A DNA stretch of 64,000 nucleotides, taken from Octopus vulgaris (lineage: Eukaryota). A model generated the notes under the pieces. It did no database searches, had not been told where the DNA came from, and saw only the letters and a program-made list of their open reading frames with translations. Location of the stretch: assembly GCA_951406725.2 (NCBI GenBank), contig OX597823.1, forward strand, positions 59,520,001 to 59,584,000, in the 5' to 3' direction. How positions within the stretch are numbered: position 1 is the stretch's first letter; every line of letters begins with the position of its first letter. Shown here piece after piece: positions 24,648 through 38,711 of this stretch. The position numbers and the translations under genes are program-made.

Positions 24648-26005
24648 GTTAATAATTTACATTACTGATTCTTAAAAGGCAAGTTGTTTAATTTCTGTCA
24701 ATAATTTTTTTTTTTTGCTGGATTGGGAATTTTTTCTATGTTTCAGTTTTTTTCTTTACAATAGTATTTAAGAGAAATGGGCAGCCCTTGATTAACTGCA
24801 TTATGTATAGTATTTTATTTGACGAAGTAGTTGTTTAACCAAGGATAGACATAATGGAACATGCATATGCTGGAAGCCATTCTATCCATACCAATGATAT
24901 GGACAAATTTAATTTAACCAAGAATTTGAATAAATTAAATTAAATTAAGTTCAAATCTTACCAGAGTGGTTTTACCTCGTCTTCTTCAACGAAATAATAA
25001 ATGTACAGGCTATGAAATGAGGTCAGTTTTCTTGGTTACTGTTCTTTTATAAGAAACAAAAAAAAAATGTATTAACTTCTGACTGAGTTAAAGTAAATTT
25101 TATGTCACAGAATTATAAAACGACTTTACAAAATATTTAAATAATTCAAATCAGACATGCAATAAATTTCTTGTTTTTCCACTTTCTTAAAATTTTAAGT
25201 GTGCTGTATGATTCACATAATACATATTTTTTTCTCCAAATATGCATACATTTTTGTATTGGTTTTCTTTTTGAAAACTACTGCTACTGTTTTAACGATA
25301 ATGAATTCATGACAATTAGGGGTAAAATATTTCTGCTTAAACACACACACACACACATATATATGCATGCATAAATATCTTACATATATATATGTACACA
25401 CATATATATATATATATGTATGTACGTATATATATATATATATATATATATCTTATATTTATTATATATATGTATACACACATATGTATACATTTTAAAA
25501 CTGATTTTAGAAAAGTTTAATTTTCTTTATAAAAGAAATCTTTTAAAGCACAATTAGTAAATGCCCAAGTGGTTAACAACAAAAAAAGAAAAATGGAAAT
25601 GAGAGAAGAAAACTAAACAGCGTTTGGCATATATAATTTGCATCTTATTATTTACCAATAAAAATAATTCAAAATGAAGACAAAAAAAATGCACAAGAAT
25701 TGTATTTTGAATTTCTGTTGGTCTGATTTTTGTTCATCATCATCATTATTGCTATTATTATTATCATTATCATTATTGCTATTATTATTATTATTATTAT
25801 TATTATCATCATTATTATTATTATTATTATTATTATTTTATTTTGTACTTTATTTTATTCTTTGCATTTCACATTTTAAAACTTTAATCGAACAGATTAA
25901 ATAACCATTTAGACATGTACATAAAATTGTGTGGTAAGATGAAGGGCAAGGAAGTGTGTGTGTGTATGTGTAGTTGTATGTATATATCAAGTATGTATAT
26001 ATAGT

Positions 26006-26047
<42 letters not shown>

Positions 26048-27954
26048 TGTATACATTATACATATATATATACCTATATATAAATATACATGTACCTATA
26101 TACATATATAGACATATGTATATCTGTGTGTGTATATATGTGCATATGTATATGTGTGCATATATATATATACACACACACGCACACACATATACATATA
26201 TAAAATCCGAAAAAAAACTTTTTTTGTTACTTGATGAATGAATTTAAAGCAGAGACAAAGAAATTGACTTGTTCTTCTCTGCATTATCATCTTCCTATCA
26301 ACAAACCAACACCAATCCAAAGCCACTATTTCAAGAATCTAAAATAAATACAGATGATGAGTGAATAAATATTCAATAATATATATATATATATATGTTT
26401 TGTTTTTTTGTGTTTTGTTTTTTTCTATTAATTATTTTAATTCTGTTATTCATTATAGTTTTTGAGTATTTGTTTGTTATATGTTTCATTCATTTTTTTT
26501 TTTTTTTTTTTTTTTTTTTACTGTTCTGTACTCATCACTTTTCCTCAGCAGCAAAGAATGAGTGGTTCTTAGACTGAATGTATCAGTTGCAGAATTAGCA
26601 TAAGACAAACAAAATAAGGTCGTTAGCACTGTAAGATAATATGAATCAATGACGAGAAAAGATTCTTCCATATAGGCCCAACCATTTCATCCATTCCTCA
26701 CTTCTCATTATCTCTCATGTCCATCAAACTACAAATTACCATTTATTGTTTGCCTGTTTGTTTGTTTTCGTTTCACGTTTTGTTTTTCGATATCTTTGTG
26801 ACAAAAAACACCACATAATTTTTTTTATCATAGTCTTTTTGTTTTTCTCGTCTTTGTTTTCTTTTATTGTCTTAATTTTGTTTTTGTTTTCATTTGTATA
26901 TATATTTACACATATCTTTTTATATATTTTTGTTTTTTGTATATCGTTACCTTATTATATTTTGTGTCAGTTATTAGTCTTTTCTAACTTAATTATTTCT
27001 ATAATTTCATCTTTATGCATGTAATTTTCTCATCATCAGCTTTACTATCAGTATGTATGCATATATATACATATATATATAATTGTGTATGTGTGTGTTA
27101 TTAATAAAGGTTGTATTTTGATCTTTATCATTGTATTGCGATATCGCATTCATTGATGATAACACATTCATGATGATAACGGTTTTGAGACAAAATAGCA
27201 TTTATCTTAATCAGTAAATTCCATTCAGTTCACACTTCTCTTTCTCCATCACTGCCAGATTAAATGTAACAAATCAATTATAATTATTTACAAAAAAAGC
27301 AAAATAAAAAAAAACAACCTTCATCATAAGGTTCTGAAAGATGACCATCATCTCTTCATCTTGACATCCCTCTTGAAATATTAGAAGACAATTACATACA
27401 CACACACACATACACACACATGTACATATCTATCGATATATGCATATATGTGTATATATATGCAAACATATATTCATACATAAATATATATATACATATA
27501 TAAATATATATTTATTTATATATACGCATATATAAATATATATATATTTACACATATATAAATATATATATATACACATGTATAAATATATATATGTACT
27601 CATATATGAATATATATATATATATATATGAATGTATGTATAATGTATATACATTTGATTATCTTAATCCAAAGATTAAGAAACCAGTCATACAATAGAG
27701 AACTCAATATATCAGAATATAGTAGAGCATAATAGTTAATATATTTTTATGAATGCCTCTCTGACATGTTTATGGCTTAGCTGACCACAACTTCAAAGTC
27801 ACTGTCAATAAACACTATTCATGTTAAAGAATAATAAATTTGTGCTCTACAAAATTATGGATTAACTCCTCAGATTAAGGTAAAATTGTTTTTAGTATAA
27901 CTGAACATAAAAACAAACATAAACACACACACATGCCATATAAACATACATACA

Positions 27955-30900
27955 TCATCATCATCATCATTATCATCATCGTTTAATGTCCGTTTTCTAT
28001 ATTGGCTTGGGTGGAGTGATAGATTACAAGCTGGAAGGCTGCACCAGGCTCCAATCTGATTTGGCAAGATTTCTACAGCTGGATGCCCTTCGTAACGCCA
28101 ACCACTCTGAGAGTGTAGTGGGTGCTTTTACATGCTATTGGCATGAGAGCCAGTCAGGTGCCACTGGCATTGGCATGCTTGAATGATGCTTTTTACATAC
28201 CACTGGCACAGGTGCCAGTCAGGCGGCACTGACATTGGCTACAACTACGATTTCACTCAGTTTAGCAGGTCTTCGGAAGCATGGCATATTGTCCAATGAC
28301 TGAAGGGTACTTTTAAATGGACCAGTTATGCAATGCTAGCATAAGCCATGACTACTCTCACTGGGCTTGCCAAGTCTTCACAAGTATGGCATATCTCCAA
28401 AGGTCTTGGTCACTAGTCATTGCTTCTGTGAGGCCAAACATTCGAAGGTCATGCTTCATCACCTCATCCCATGTTTTCTTGGGTCTACCTTTTCCACAGG
28501 TTCCCTCCACTGTTAGAGTGTGAACTTCTTCACACAGAGGTTCTTTTCCATTCACACCTCATGACCATTGCAGTCGTCTCTCTTGCACACTTATGTCCAA
28601 CTTTTCTCTCACGGCACTTACACTCTGTAGTGTATGCACACCGATATTACACATCCAGTGGAGCATACAAGCTTCATTACTTTCAAGTCGTTGCATGTCC
28701 TCAGCAGTCACAGCCCATGTCTCACTGCCATGTAGCATGACCGTTCACACAGAGGAATCATATAGACTATCTTTCACTCTGAGTGAGAGGCCCTTTGTTG
28801 TAAGCAGAGTTAGGAGCTTTCTGAACTTTGCCAAGGCTATTCTTATTCTAACAGCTACACTCCCACTACTGACTTGGTCACCTAGGTAATGGAAGCTATC
28901 AATTACTTCTAATTTTTTCCCCTGTTTTCTGTAAATCTTTGGTGTTTATTGCACCTGTGCATCTGCCACACACAAAAACTATCTTCCCAGTTAACCTTCC
29001 TTTGATATTGCTGCACCTCTTATGTGTCCATAGCTTACACCGGGTACACCTTATGGAGTTTCTACTTGCACTTTTCTACAGATTGAGCAGGGCCATCTAC
29101 CTGAAGAGATTTGTGATTTGTCCACTTACAAAGACTTTGGTTTTTGCTAAGTTAACTCTAAGGCACTTCGATTCTAGACCTTGCTTCCACACCTGAAACT
29201 TCTCTAGTTCTGGTAGTGACTTGGCTATTAGAGCAAGGTCATCAGCATAGAGAAGCTCCCCGGGGCAGCCTGTTTTAAATTTCTCTGTTATTGCCTGGAG
29301 GACTAAGATGAGCAAGAGGGGCTGAGGATTGATCCTTGGTGAAGCTCTACTTTTACCTGTAATTCTTCACTATACTCGTTGCCAACCCTCACCTTACTGA
29401 CAACGTCCTTGTACATGGTTTGTGCAGCTCTTACCAATCACTCATCTATCCCTCAGTTGGATCAACATTTGGCAAACTCTCTTTCTTCCATTCATTCTCT
29501 TCATTTATCAACATTTCGTAGTGGCATCTCCAAGTCTCTCTCTTTGCAGCATCATTAAATGTAAGTCAGCCATCATCCACGCAGACACATTTCTCTCCTA
29601 TGACATCGTGATATTTTCTCATACACTGTCTTGCAGTTCGAAACACTTCAAGCCTTTGGTCCTCATGATGCAGAACATTGGCAAATTTCTTCTTATCTGC
29701 TTCCCTTCTGACTAAGTAAACCGGTCTCCTATCTTCCCTTCTGGGAATCAGATACAGTTCCCTACTACCACCACACTTCCAGTCCTTCCATGCCCTGTTT
29801 CTTTTCCCTAATGGTCGTGTCAACTACATTGTTCAACCACCATATCGCCTTAGGTCAAGAGTAGACTTTCCACCAGCCACAGATCTGGTCAATAGCCCTC
29901 AACAGGTTGTCCCACAGGAACCTCCAGTTGTCCTTCACATTATGTGATGCTATATCCACCTCTTTTTCATCCTGTCCATTCAGAATATTCTTAAGATTCT
30001 AGACCCTTCTTTTCCACACTGGTCATCTTCTGAGCAGCCATTTAGCCTTGGTCCTGAAATTGCTAACTACTAACCTATGTTGTGGGAGTGCATTCTGTGT
30101 ATGGGAAAGGTTTGGCATTTATAAGTAGCCATCTTTCTCACTTCCAGGCGAGAATGTAATCAATCTGACTAGTGTACCCATCAGACTGGTAGGTGAACGG
30201 GTGACTGGCAGGTTTCCTGACGTTTGTATTACAGTTCATAAGATCATTTGCATCACAGAACTCCAGCAACCTGATTTCTTCCTCATTGCGTGAACCATAT
30301 TCATTGCCACGATGCACATGATGGAAGCTCCCACATGCCCATTGAAGCCACCAGCCACAAAGAGATGATTCATCATTCGTCGACGAGGTGGTCTGCGAGA
30401 GGGTGTCATAAAATCGGTCTTCCCGTTCATCAGGTAGCCCTGAGGGGCACAGGCCAAGATAATTGTTGCTAATCCCTGTTGCAACACTAGTCTAAACTTA
30501 AGTATTCTATCACAGACTCTGACGACAATTGCTTTATCAACCCATTTCTCAGCAAAGAATATACCCACGCTCCCAATCCTATCAGTGTTTCCTACCCAGA
30601 AAATCTTATACCTATGTTCTTCGTCTTTGAGGAACCTAACAGAACTTCCTCTCCACCTTACTTCTTGGACGCAACACAAATCTACACATCTCCGTCCAAG
30701 CATCTGAGCTATCTCACCAGACCTACCTTTCAATGTGCCAACATTAAGTGTGCCAACTCTGAGAGTTTGGAAGGTGTGTGTCAGCGAGACGAGGGGATGG
30801 GGGAACAGCAGCATTATGCATCTGGAAAGAAAGCTCCCATGTGCATTTGGCAGATCTCGTAAACATACAAATAGGCTTCAACCTGCATACACTTCTCCGT

Positions 30901-31085
30901 TATATTTGCTTCATAATCACTACATTGAATGGGAGACAGACACTAAATAGGGATGGAGGTGGAAGAGATGGGGAAGTGTTCTGTATAGTCTACTGTTAGA
31001 GGTTAGAGGAGAAAGACTTCCAGTATAGGTGACAGGGTGGGATGGGATGGGAGGACGAATGGCAAAACATTACGGCTGCCCTATT
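27955..31085 (-). mobile_element. Near-full-length decayed RTE-clade LINE
   Basis: APE motifs LRVGTLNVGTLKGR, VDLCCVQEVRWRG (30236-30814); RT LLYADDLAL; GKGRPKKTW; (GAT)n tail; many frameshifts. Confidence 0.9.
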
Positions 31086-31864
31086 CCCTAGCTAAAGCTG
31101 ATGTGGCATATCTAGATACAAAGCAAGCCACTAATTTACAATCAGCATGGGAAAGCAAGTGGTTAACAAAACTGAGAGGGAGAGCAGTGGAATTTTCAAG
31201 AATTAAGGCAACTTCGAGGAAACAATGGAACATTTGGATAAGATAGCAGGTAACAAAACAAAACAAAACAAATGAAGAGATAGAATTTTCGAGACTTAGA
31301 GCAAGAGAAAACAGGATAGAACAATTGAATTTCTTAACTTTGCAATAACATACCGCTAAATGAATAACAATAATAATTATAATGAGCACTATAGAGTGAA
31401 ACAGAATTGAACATTTGCGTCCTTAACTTTAACTATAGCTATAAGATACAGCATGCGAGTAAGCAAAACTTTTTGAGGAAATAGATAAATAAATGAATAA
31501 CAATAATTATAATTATAATTAGCGTTAAAGTGAAAGAGAATCGAACATAGGGTTTCTTAAGTTTATTATAACATATGGCATGGAATAAATGATATTGTGT
31601 GGGTACATAGATAAATTAATGAATAACAATAGTAGTATATAGTTCAAATTTACAGAAAATAATAGATGAAGACAGGTGAGGGAATGACAAGCAGGTGTGT
31701 TAGTTTGATGCTCAGGAAGAATGGAAAAGTCTTTGACATTTCGACTTCGACCCTATGCTCCTTCACAGAAATGGTTGAGGGGTAAATATGGAGAGAACGA
31801 AAAAAACAGAAAGTGAAAAATGTTTAAGGGTTATTGATTGATGTATATATATATATATATATAT

Positions 31865-33145
31865 GACAATGGAAAATGCAGATGCATGCATGTTGATATT
31901 CTTAAGTTATTCTTTTGTACTCTAAGCACAAGGCCCGAAATTTGGGTGGAGGGGGAAGTCGATTAGATCGACACAGTATGCAATTGGTACTTGATTTATT
32001 GACCCCGAAAGGATGAAAGACAAAGTCGACCTCAGCGGAATTTGAACTCAGAATGTAGCGGCAGACGAAATACCAATAAGCATTTCGCCTGGCATGCTAA
32101 CATTTCTGCCAGCTCGCCACCTGAATATTCATAACTTATTACACCTGGAAAAGCACAGAACAAGATTTCTACTATAGCATTTGCCTAATTCGACACCTCC
32201 AATGGAAACTAAAAAGTACTTCAAATCAAAATTCTACTGTACTTAAAATACTGCAACCGAGAATAACATTTTTAAAATTTAGTATATTTTATTAAAACAA
32301 AAATTATAAAAACATTACTGGGTTTTCCAAAAATAAGCCCATCCGATTTTAAGCCTATGGGCTTAAAGATATTATTTAAGCAAAATAATTTAATTTTTTT
32401 TTAAGCACGTGGGCTTATTTTTGTGAAAAGCAGTATTTTAAAAATGAAATAAAATAAAATTAATTTTTAAAAAATACAGTAGAAAACACCTAATTAGTCA
32501 TCCCAAGAAGAAAACTGAAAGTGACGAATTGGGTGACGTAATGAATTAGCCAAAGTCAAATTAAGCTAATTGTACTGTTTTAACTAATAAATTTTACTTA
32601 TGATTTATTTGTCAGATCTAATTTTTTTCTTTTTTAATATGGAAGAATTGACTGAGTATATGGTTGATCTGAAACCATTTAATAAACATTCTACTGCAAA
32701 CAATGTTTTTATTTTTGTAATGGGATTTCAATTCAAGTGATAAAAATCTTGTGCAATATTATTTACAACTTCAAATTTTATTGTTTGTACTTGATGCCAC
32801 TAAATAAAATGACTCTTTCAATAGCATATTTCAAAAGACGTTATTTTTAACAAGTTTTTTTGTTTAAATTCATTGTTGATTATTTTTGTACTATGTTTTT
32901 AGATTCTCGTAATATATAAAGTAAATTATCTTGAATTTACCTAATATAATGCATTTCAATTTTAAAAATGTTATTCTTGGCTGCAATATTTTAAGTACAG
33001 TAGAATTTTATTTTGAAGTACTCTTTACTTTCCTTTAGATGTGACGAATTAGGCAAATTCTGCTGTAGAAATCTTGTTCTATTCTTTTCCAGGTGTAATA
33101 ACTTAAAAATATTATCATGCACGCACCCACATTTTTCATTGTAAT
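31865..33145. mobile_element. MITE with ~190-bp TIRs, interrupted by a SINE B and containing a small nested TIR element
   Basis: 31865-31910 plus 32122-32280 inverted versus 32958-33145; inner element 32316-32436 (tactg..ttttc.aaaaataagccc / gggcttatttttgtgaaaagcagta). Confidence 0.75.
31910..32122 (-). mobile_element. SINE family B with target-site duplication
   Basis: Head ggtggcgagctggcagaaatg, core gaggtcgactttgtctttcatcctttcggggtc; flanked by atattcttaagttatt / atattcataacttatt. Confidence 0.85.
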
Positions 33146-33344
33146 CCACTTTTTTTTTTAACCAGGAAATGCAATAAAACTAATAAATATTCTTTTGTTA
33201 AGCAATATTTGAATTATTTTACATTGTTAATGGTTGAACAGCATGACTAGAAACCTTCAGGTCTGCCCATTGAAAGAAAGAAACAATAGCAATATTTTAT
33301 CATTAAATTTTAAAGAATATTTTTTTTAATAAAGTTTTTATATA

Positions 33345-33734
33345 CTCTTTACTCTTTTACTTGTTTCAGTCATTTGACTGCGACCATGCTGGAGCACCGC
33401 CTTTGGTCGAGCAAATCGACCCCAGGACTTATTCTTTGTGAGCCTAGTACTTATTCTATCGGTCTCTTTTGCCGAACTGCTAAGTTACGGGAGCGTAAAC
33501 ATACCAGCATCGGTTGTCAAGCGATGTTGGGGAGACAAACACACACACACATATATATATACATAAATACGACGGGCTTATTTCAGTTTCTGCCTACCAA
33601 ATCCACTCACAAGGCTTTGGCCGGCCCGAGGCTATAGTAGAAGACACTTGCCCAAGTTGCCACACAGTGGGACTGAACCCAGAACCATGTTGTTGTTAAG
33701 CAAGCTACTTACCAACACAGCCACTTCTGTGCCT
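33345..33734 (-). mobile_element. SINE family A, full length
   Basis: Matches the family along its length. Confidence 0.9.
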
Positions 33735-34439
33735 ACATATTAAAATTCTATATTGTAATCCAATTTTCATAAATCAATTTAAAACTGCAATTTCTATAAA
33801 TAAAATCGAATCTACTTATTTTCAAAAAAATGCAAAAATAGCCAATGCATCCACTGTAAGGAAGGAGGAGCCACCTGCCCTTGTTAGGGTAAAGTTAGTT
33901 TGTTAGTTAAAATTCATGTAAAATACAAATAAATCCTGCAATTCAGCTACCGTTCTTGTCAACTTGCCTGAAAATAAAATAATCTGAATCCTGCAACTCT
34001 GAAAATGCAATCATACTATCTGAAAGCAAAAACCTTGTCAATTCACCCTAGGAAATAATAATCTAAATTCTGTTACTCTTAACATTAAATTAAAGTTTAA
34101 AAGCAAACAAAAAAACTTATTAAAACTTCAGAAGTTTTTACAACTTTGGTCGTCGTAAGGCTTTGCTTTCATTTGTTAAATAAAAATTCCTCATCGTATA
34201 ATGATTTTGCTTTCATTTTGTGAGAGACAGCTATCATGCAGAAAATGTCAGCTTCTAAATCCTGTTTTCTGATTAGGTGAAAATTATTAAACTTTAAACC
34301 TCAGTAACATTTTTCTGCAATAAGTACGTACGTATGTATGTCTATCTATGTATGTTTATGTGTCTGTGTGTGAGTGTTTATTTACGTTGGGCAGCAGAAA
34401 AGAGTATTGTAGATAATATAAGTAAATTCCCCCTCATCT

Positions 34440-34985
34440 TAGTCTTGATGTCTCAATGTACACAACGGAACCAGCACACTCACTCGGCGGTAAACCTATT
34501 GACTGACTGCATAATAGCGTCCGACATCCAATGCTTCGGACTTACTGCAGCTGATATGCATCAACTTTTGTCCATCATCGTGGACAACGCATACTCCTCT
34601 TTCCAGGACCACATATACAAACTGACAACAGGTCTCCCCATGGGATCCAGTCTCTCGGGCCTACTAGCCATCACTTAGATGAACCATCTGGAACGTCGAG
34701 CACTCAACATCTGCCGCTCATGCGCCTTCTTCACCAGATACGCCGATGACATCTTCCTATTCACATCCTCCCGTGAAGAGGCTGACAGAATATTCACGAC
34801 GTTCAATAACATGGACATGAACATAAAGTTCACTATAGAACACCCCGACATCACTGGATCACTATCATTACTTGACTTCAAACTGAATATAACGGAAGAA
34901 GGGGAGATCCATACCGAGTTCTACAGTAGAGATATGTTTGTCCAGTACAATTCAGCACTTCTACCCGGTGCTAAAATAGGATACG
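34440..34985 (+). pseudogene. Penelope-like element reverse transcriptase remnant
   Basis: FQDHIYKLTTGLPMGSSLSGLLA, RYADDIF, FNNMDMNIKFTIEH, SLSLLDFKL, VQYNSA: PLE RT signature; one in-frame stop. Confidence 0.88.
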
Positions 34986-34988
34986 CGG

Positions 34989-35370
34989 ATCTTTTCCTTT
35001 TGAACAGCAGTTTTCAACACAAGTTCTAGTTAACTAAACACTTTTAAACTTGGTATACTGATAGAATGTGTCAAAATAAAACATTTTTTTCTCTTGGCTT
35101 TCTTGAGAAAATTGTAATTTAAAAGTTTAACGTAATTCAATTTTTCGAATTTTAACCAATAATTGGCCTCTATTGAGATAAAATCATTTGCTGCGTCTAA
35201 AACTGAGACAACATCCTGTCACTAACCCTAACCCTAAATTTTAGCCTTTCATTTTTTTTTCGTAATTGTTATCCTTAAATTAATTTAATAATTAAGAAAA
35301 AAAAACGAAAGCAAAAACTAAAAAACAAAACGAATAATTTTAGACACATGCGTAACAATTAAATTAATTT
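34989..35370 (+). mobile_element. Non-autonomous element (Helitron-like 5' A|TC start) inserted into the PLE; contains ctaaccctaaccctaa
   Basis: Related copy at 36511-36760 (atcttttcc.tttga..., taactaaacactt..aaactt.g, aaccaat). Confidence 0.5.
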
Positions 35371-35371
35371 A

Positions 35372-35975
35372 ACAAGACCGTTACACGTCCGCATCAGAGA
35401 ATATCTGAACACGAGAGCTTCCTCCTTCAGAAAACATCTAGAGAGATGCCGGAACACCGACAAAAGCATAACAGTCGCAATTAAGGCCATTAAAAGAAAT
35501 GTGGGTAATTTAAGAATTAAGGAAGCTATACTCATACACAGACTAGGGCCCCAAATTAACAACAGGCTGGAGGATGGTAATCAATACATTACTTAGATAC
35601 ATCTGGATGCGTGTAAGTTCATTTTTGATAATATGCTTATCTGTAGCTTATAAAAAAAAAAGATGGGGAACAAAAAAGGAAGCTGCACGTATAATACGTA
35701 ACTTAGAAGCAGCGCTACGGATGTACCAGCACACACGAAATTGAGACATGGCCGACCTCACACACTTCTTATGAGGAATTCCGGAAGGAGCATCGTGAGG
35801 CCTCTGCGGAGACGTTTCCAAAAAAAAAAAAAAAAAACTGTTGGAAAACCGATTAAAGCAGCGACTCCATCTAAGATTATCTGAAGAAGGAATATTATTC
35901 CGAAATATCATATCAGACTATGGATGACTAAATTACAACAGGTATATAGCCCAATGTCTGTCTTATAGTGCATTG
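35372..35975 (+). mobile_element. PLE GIY-YIG endonuclease C-terminal remnant and 3' region
   Basis: TRPLHVRIREY...RKHL..C..., LRIKEAILIHRLGPQIN (R..E, E, N catalytic motifs); degenerate HHR core at 35881-35915. Confidence 0.75.
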
Positions 35976-35980
35976 TTGTG

Positions 35981-36300
35981 TGAGGGCGCGTGGCTTAGTG
36001 GTTAGGGCACTCGGCTCATGATCGTAATGTTGTGAGTTCGATTCCCGGCGACGCGTTGTGTCCTTGAGCAAGACACTTTATTTCACGTTGCTCCAGTCCA
36101 CTCAGCTGGCAAAAATGAGTTGTACTTGTATTTCAAAGGGTCAGCCTTGTCACTCTCTGTGTCACGCTGATTATCCCCGAGAACTACGTTAAGGGTACAC
36201 GTGTCTGTGGAATGCTCAGCCATTTGCACGTTAATTTCACGAGCAAGCTGTTCCGTTGATCGTATCAGCTGGGACCCTCGTCGTCGTAACCGGCGGAGTC
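35981..36300 (+). mobile_element. tRNA-derived SINE family C
   Basis: gagggcgcgtggcttagtggttagg..gagttcgattcc..gtgtccttgagcaagacacttta; relatives at 59848-60105, 60658-60890 and 22085-22205 (-). Confidence 0.85.
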
Positions 36301-37437
36301 TTTTTTTTTTTAAAGTGCATTGTTGTACCATTCAAACTTTTTATTTTTATTTTTTTCAATTATTTTTATTTTCTTAACCGTCTTTTAGTATCTACCTCTT
36401 AAAATATCCTTCTACAAGTTTAACTACATTCTGTAATATTACACTTATTTTCTTCTATTAAAATTAGATATATTTTTTACATAAAACATTTTAATTAAAA
36501 ATTTTATGGAATCTTTTCCCTTTGATCGAGAAATTTTTGTAACTAAACACTTTCAAACTTCGGACATTGGTAGAGTGTGTCATATAAAATATCTTTTACT
36601 CTTAGTGTTGTTGAGAAAAGTTTATATTTACAAAGTTATTTCGTGTTAAAGTAGTCGTATTTCGGTAATCTCAACCAATCAATAACGTGTATTCAGCTGA
36701 ATAAAATTACTGCCGTTGTTTGTCAACAACTATCGGCGGTGTATATTTCGTTTTTACTTCATATACAGGAGTTTTAAATTAACTCCTTTATATTAATCTA
36801 TAGAGAGAATGTTACCCTTATTAGTAATATATATGTCAACATCCAAGCGTTATCCCTTAGTCTTGTTTTAAATAGCCATGACTCCAAGAACAATAACACA
36901 TTACAAAAATGAGTAAGAACACCATATCTATGTAATCCTAACATCTTTTTAGCTTTTTGCTTATTTTCGGCTACGACGAGTACTTTTTGGCAACTCAGAT
37001 TGTTAAAATAAATTTATTGTCTTTCTATATGAAACGATTGTATAGCTACACGAATAAAAAGAAATCTTCATTCATATTAACATTTAATCTCCGCCATTTA
37101 TATAAAATATAATTGAATTTGTTAAACTTTGTTTCATAAGTTAAATCATATACTTAATATACCTTATATAACTTTTCATATCTACGCTAGTTTACACTAG
37201 TAAAGTAAAATATGAAGAAACAACGTTATAAATATTTTGGAAACTATTCCAAAAGGACGAATTAGCATTCATATATATATATGTATATATATATATTTAT
37301 ATATATATATATAAATTTTATTTCGTAATCAGATAAAAAACCAAGAGTGTGTAGATATCAGAACATTTATAGATAGGTCTTATAGCTGTCTCAATGACAC
37401 CATTACCTCTTATAGCCTATAATTATATATATATATA

Positions 37438-37772
37438 CACTGTTGTGTCTGGGGAGAGTCATTCTGTTTTAGTGCCTTATAATTATCACATTCACCGGTT
37501 AAAATTTCCATTGATTTACTTACTTATTTTTCTAAAATTTTCGTTGCGTCTTCCAACCTTTTCGATAGTTATTGAGCGTCAACAACTATTGAAAATGCTG
37601 CAAGACGCAACGAAAATTTTAGAAAAATAAATAAGGAAATGAGTGCAAATTTTACAGGTGAGTGTGTTAAATTATAAGGTACTAAAAGAGAATGGCTCTC
37701 CCTAGAAACAACAGAATATGCTTCATCACATGAACGCACATAAAGAATCTTACGAACCAAATCCCAAAACGA
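37438..37772. mobile_element. Fold-back element within (TA)n; arms ~130 bp, right arm extended to the family 3' end
   Basis: 37440-37570 inverted versus 37584-37714; same family and same terminus (aaatcccaaaacga-TA) at 62022-62203. Confidence 0.75.
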
Positions 37773-38000
37773 TATATATATATATATATTTAATGAAATG
37801 GATAAATGAATTATCTTGTTACGGATTATTCAAAATTTAACCGATACCTGTGTAGCAAAAATCACACCAGAAAAGACACGGTTGAGGTTACGACCATGGG
37901 GTTTCGCCCCCGTGCTTTAGCGCGGATAATTGAAGTTTTATATATTTAGTGAAGGGAAGAAATGGAGCCGAACGAAGATTCTACAAAATTCCTTTTTATT

Positions 38001-38086
38001 ATTTTCTACGCATGTTTCAAAGGCTGCAAATTCCCAAATTCGGATTGAATAAGGAGACCATTCTGCAGCTTTCTCTTCAGGAAAAT
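38001..38086 (-). ncRNA. Type I hammerhead ribozyme in pLTR
   Basis: attttc CTGAAGA gaaagctgcaga...tttgcagccttt GAAAC atgc GTA gaaaat; stem I attttc/gaaaat. Confidence 0.85.
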
Positions 38087-38711
38087 CCAGGAATTTAAAA
38101 TCTCAAAACAAATGCGCAGCAAGCTTTTCGAACAAAACGCTCCCTAGGAGCCCATGGTAAAAATGGCACAAAACTGTCTCTCAATATGCGCTGACGTCAG
38201 AGTGGGTGAAGGACGACGAAAAATCCGTTGGAATAGACCTAGGTCAAACCACGGTCAAATCAGGTAGGGGAAGAATCACAGAAAACCCAAAGAGTGTGAA
38301 TATATTCTGTATAACTAGTGTTAATGTTCAAATTGTCTTAAGAATGACAGTTATCTTATTTGGGTGTGAGGAACTACCTACATGTATGTGTGTGTGTATG
38401 CGCCTATGTATGTGTGGCAGTATGTTAGGAAGCAGCTAGAGAGAAAATATATTGTTTGTAGGCATTGCTGGTCAAGCGGCTGATAAAATTCTGTGTCTGT
38501 GTGTTCGTCTATGACCAGTTTATATACAGATGACTTGTCAAAAAACAGGGGAGTATAATCCCTGATATTGTTTCTAAAAAAAGTAGCAGAACATACGCTA
38601 AAAGGGGAGTCATTTCCCCTTTCAAATTTAATTCAAAATTTTTTCCAAATTTCTTCCAAACAATTTTTTTTTCCTTTTCTTATGACATCAAGGTGTTAAT
38701 TATCTTAGGCT

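Noticed and set aside
35222-35237. Telomere or interstitial telomeric array
   Set aside because: Fewer than three units and internal to a dispersed repeat
35981-36055. Functional tRNA gene
   Set aside because: Head of SINE family C with several relatives in the window
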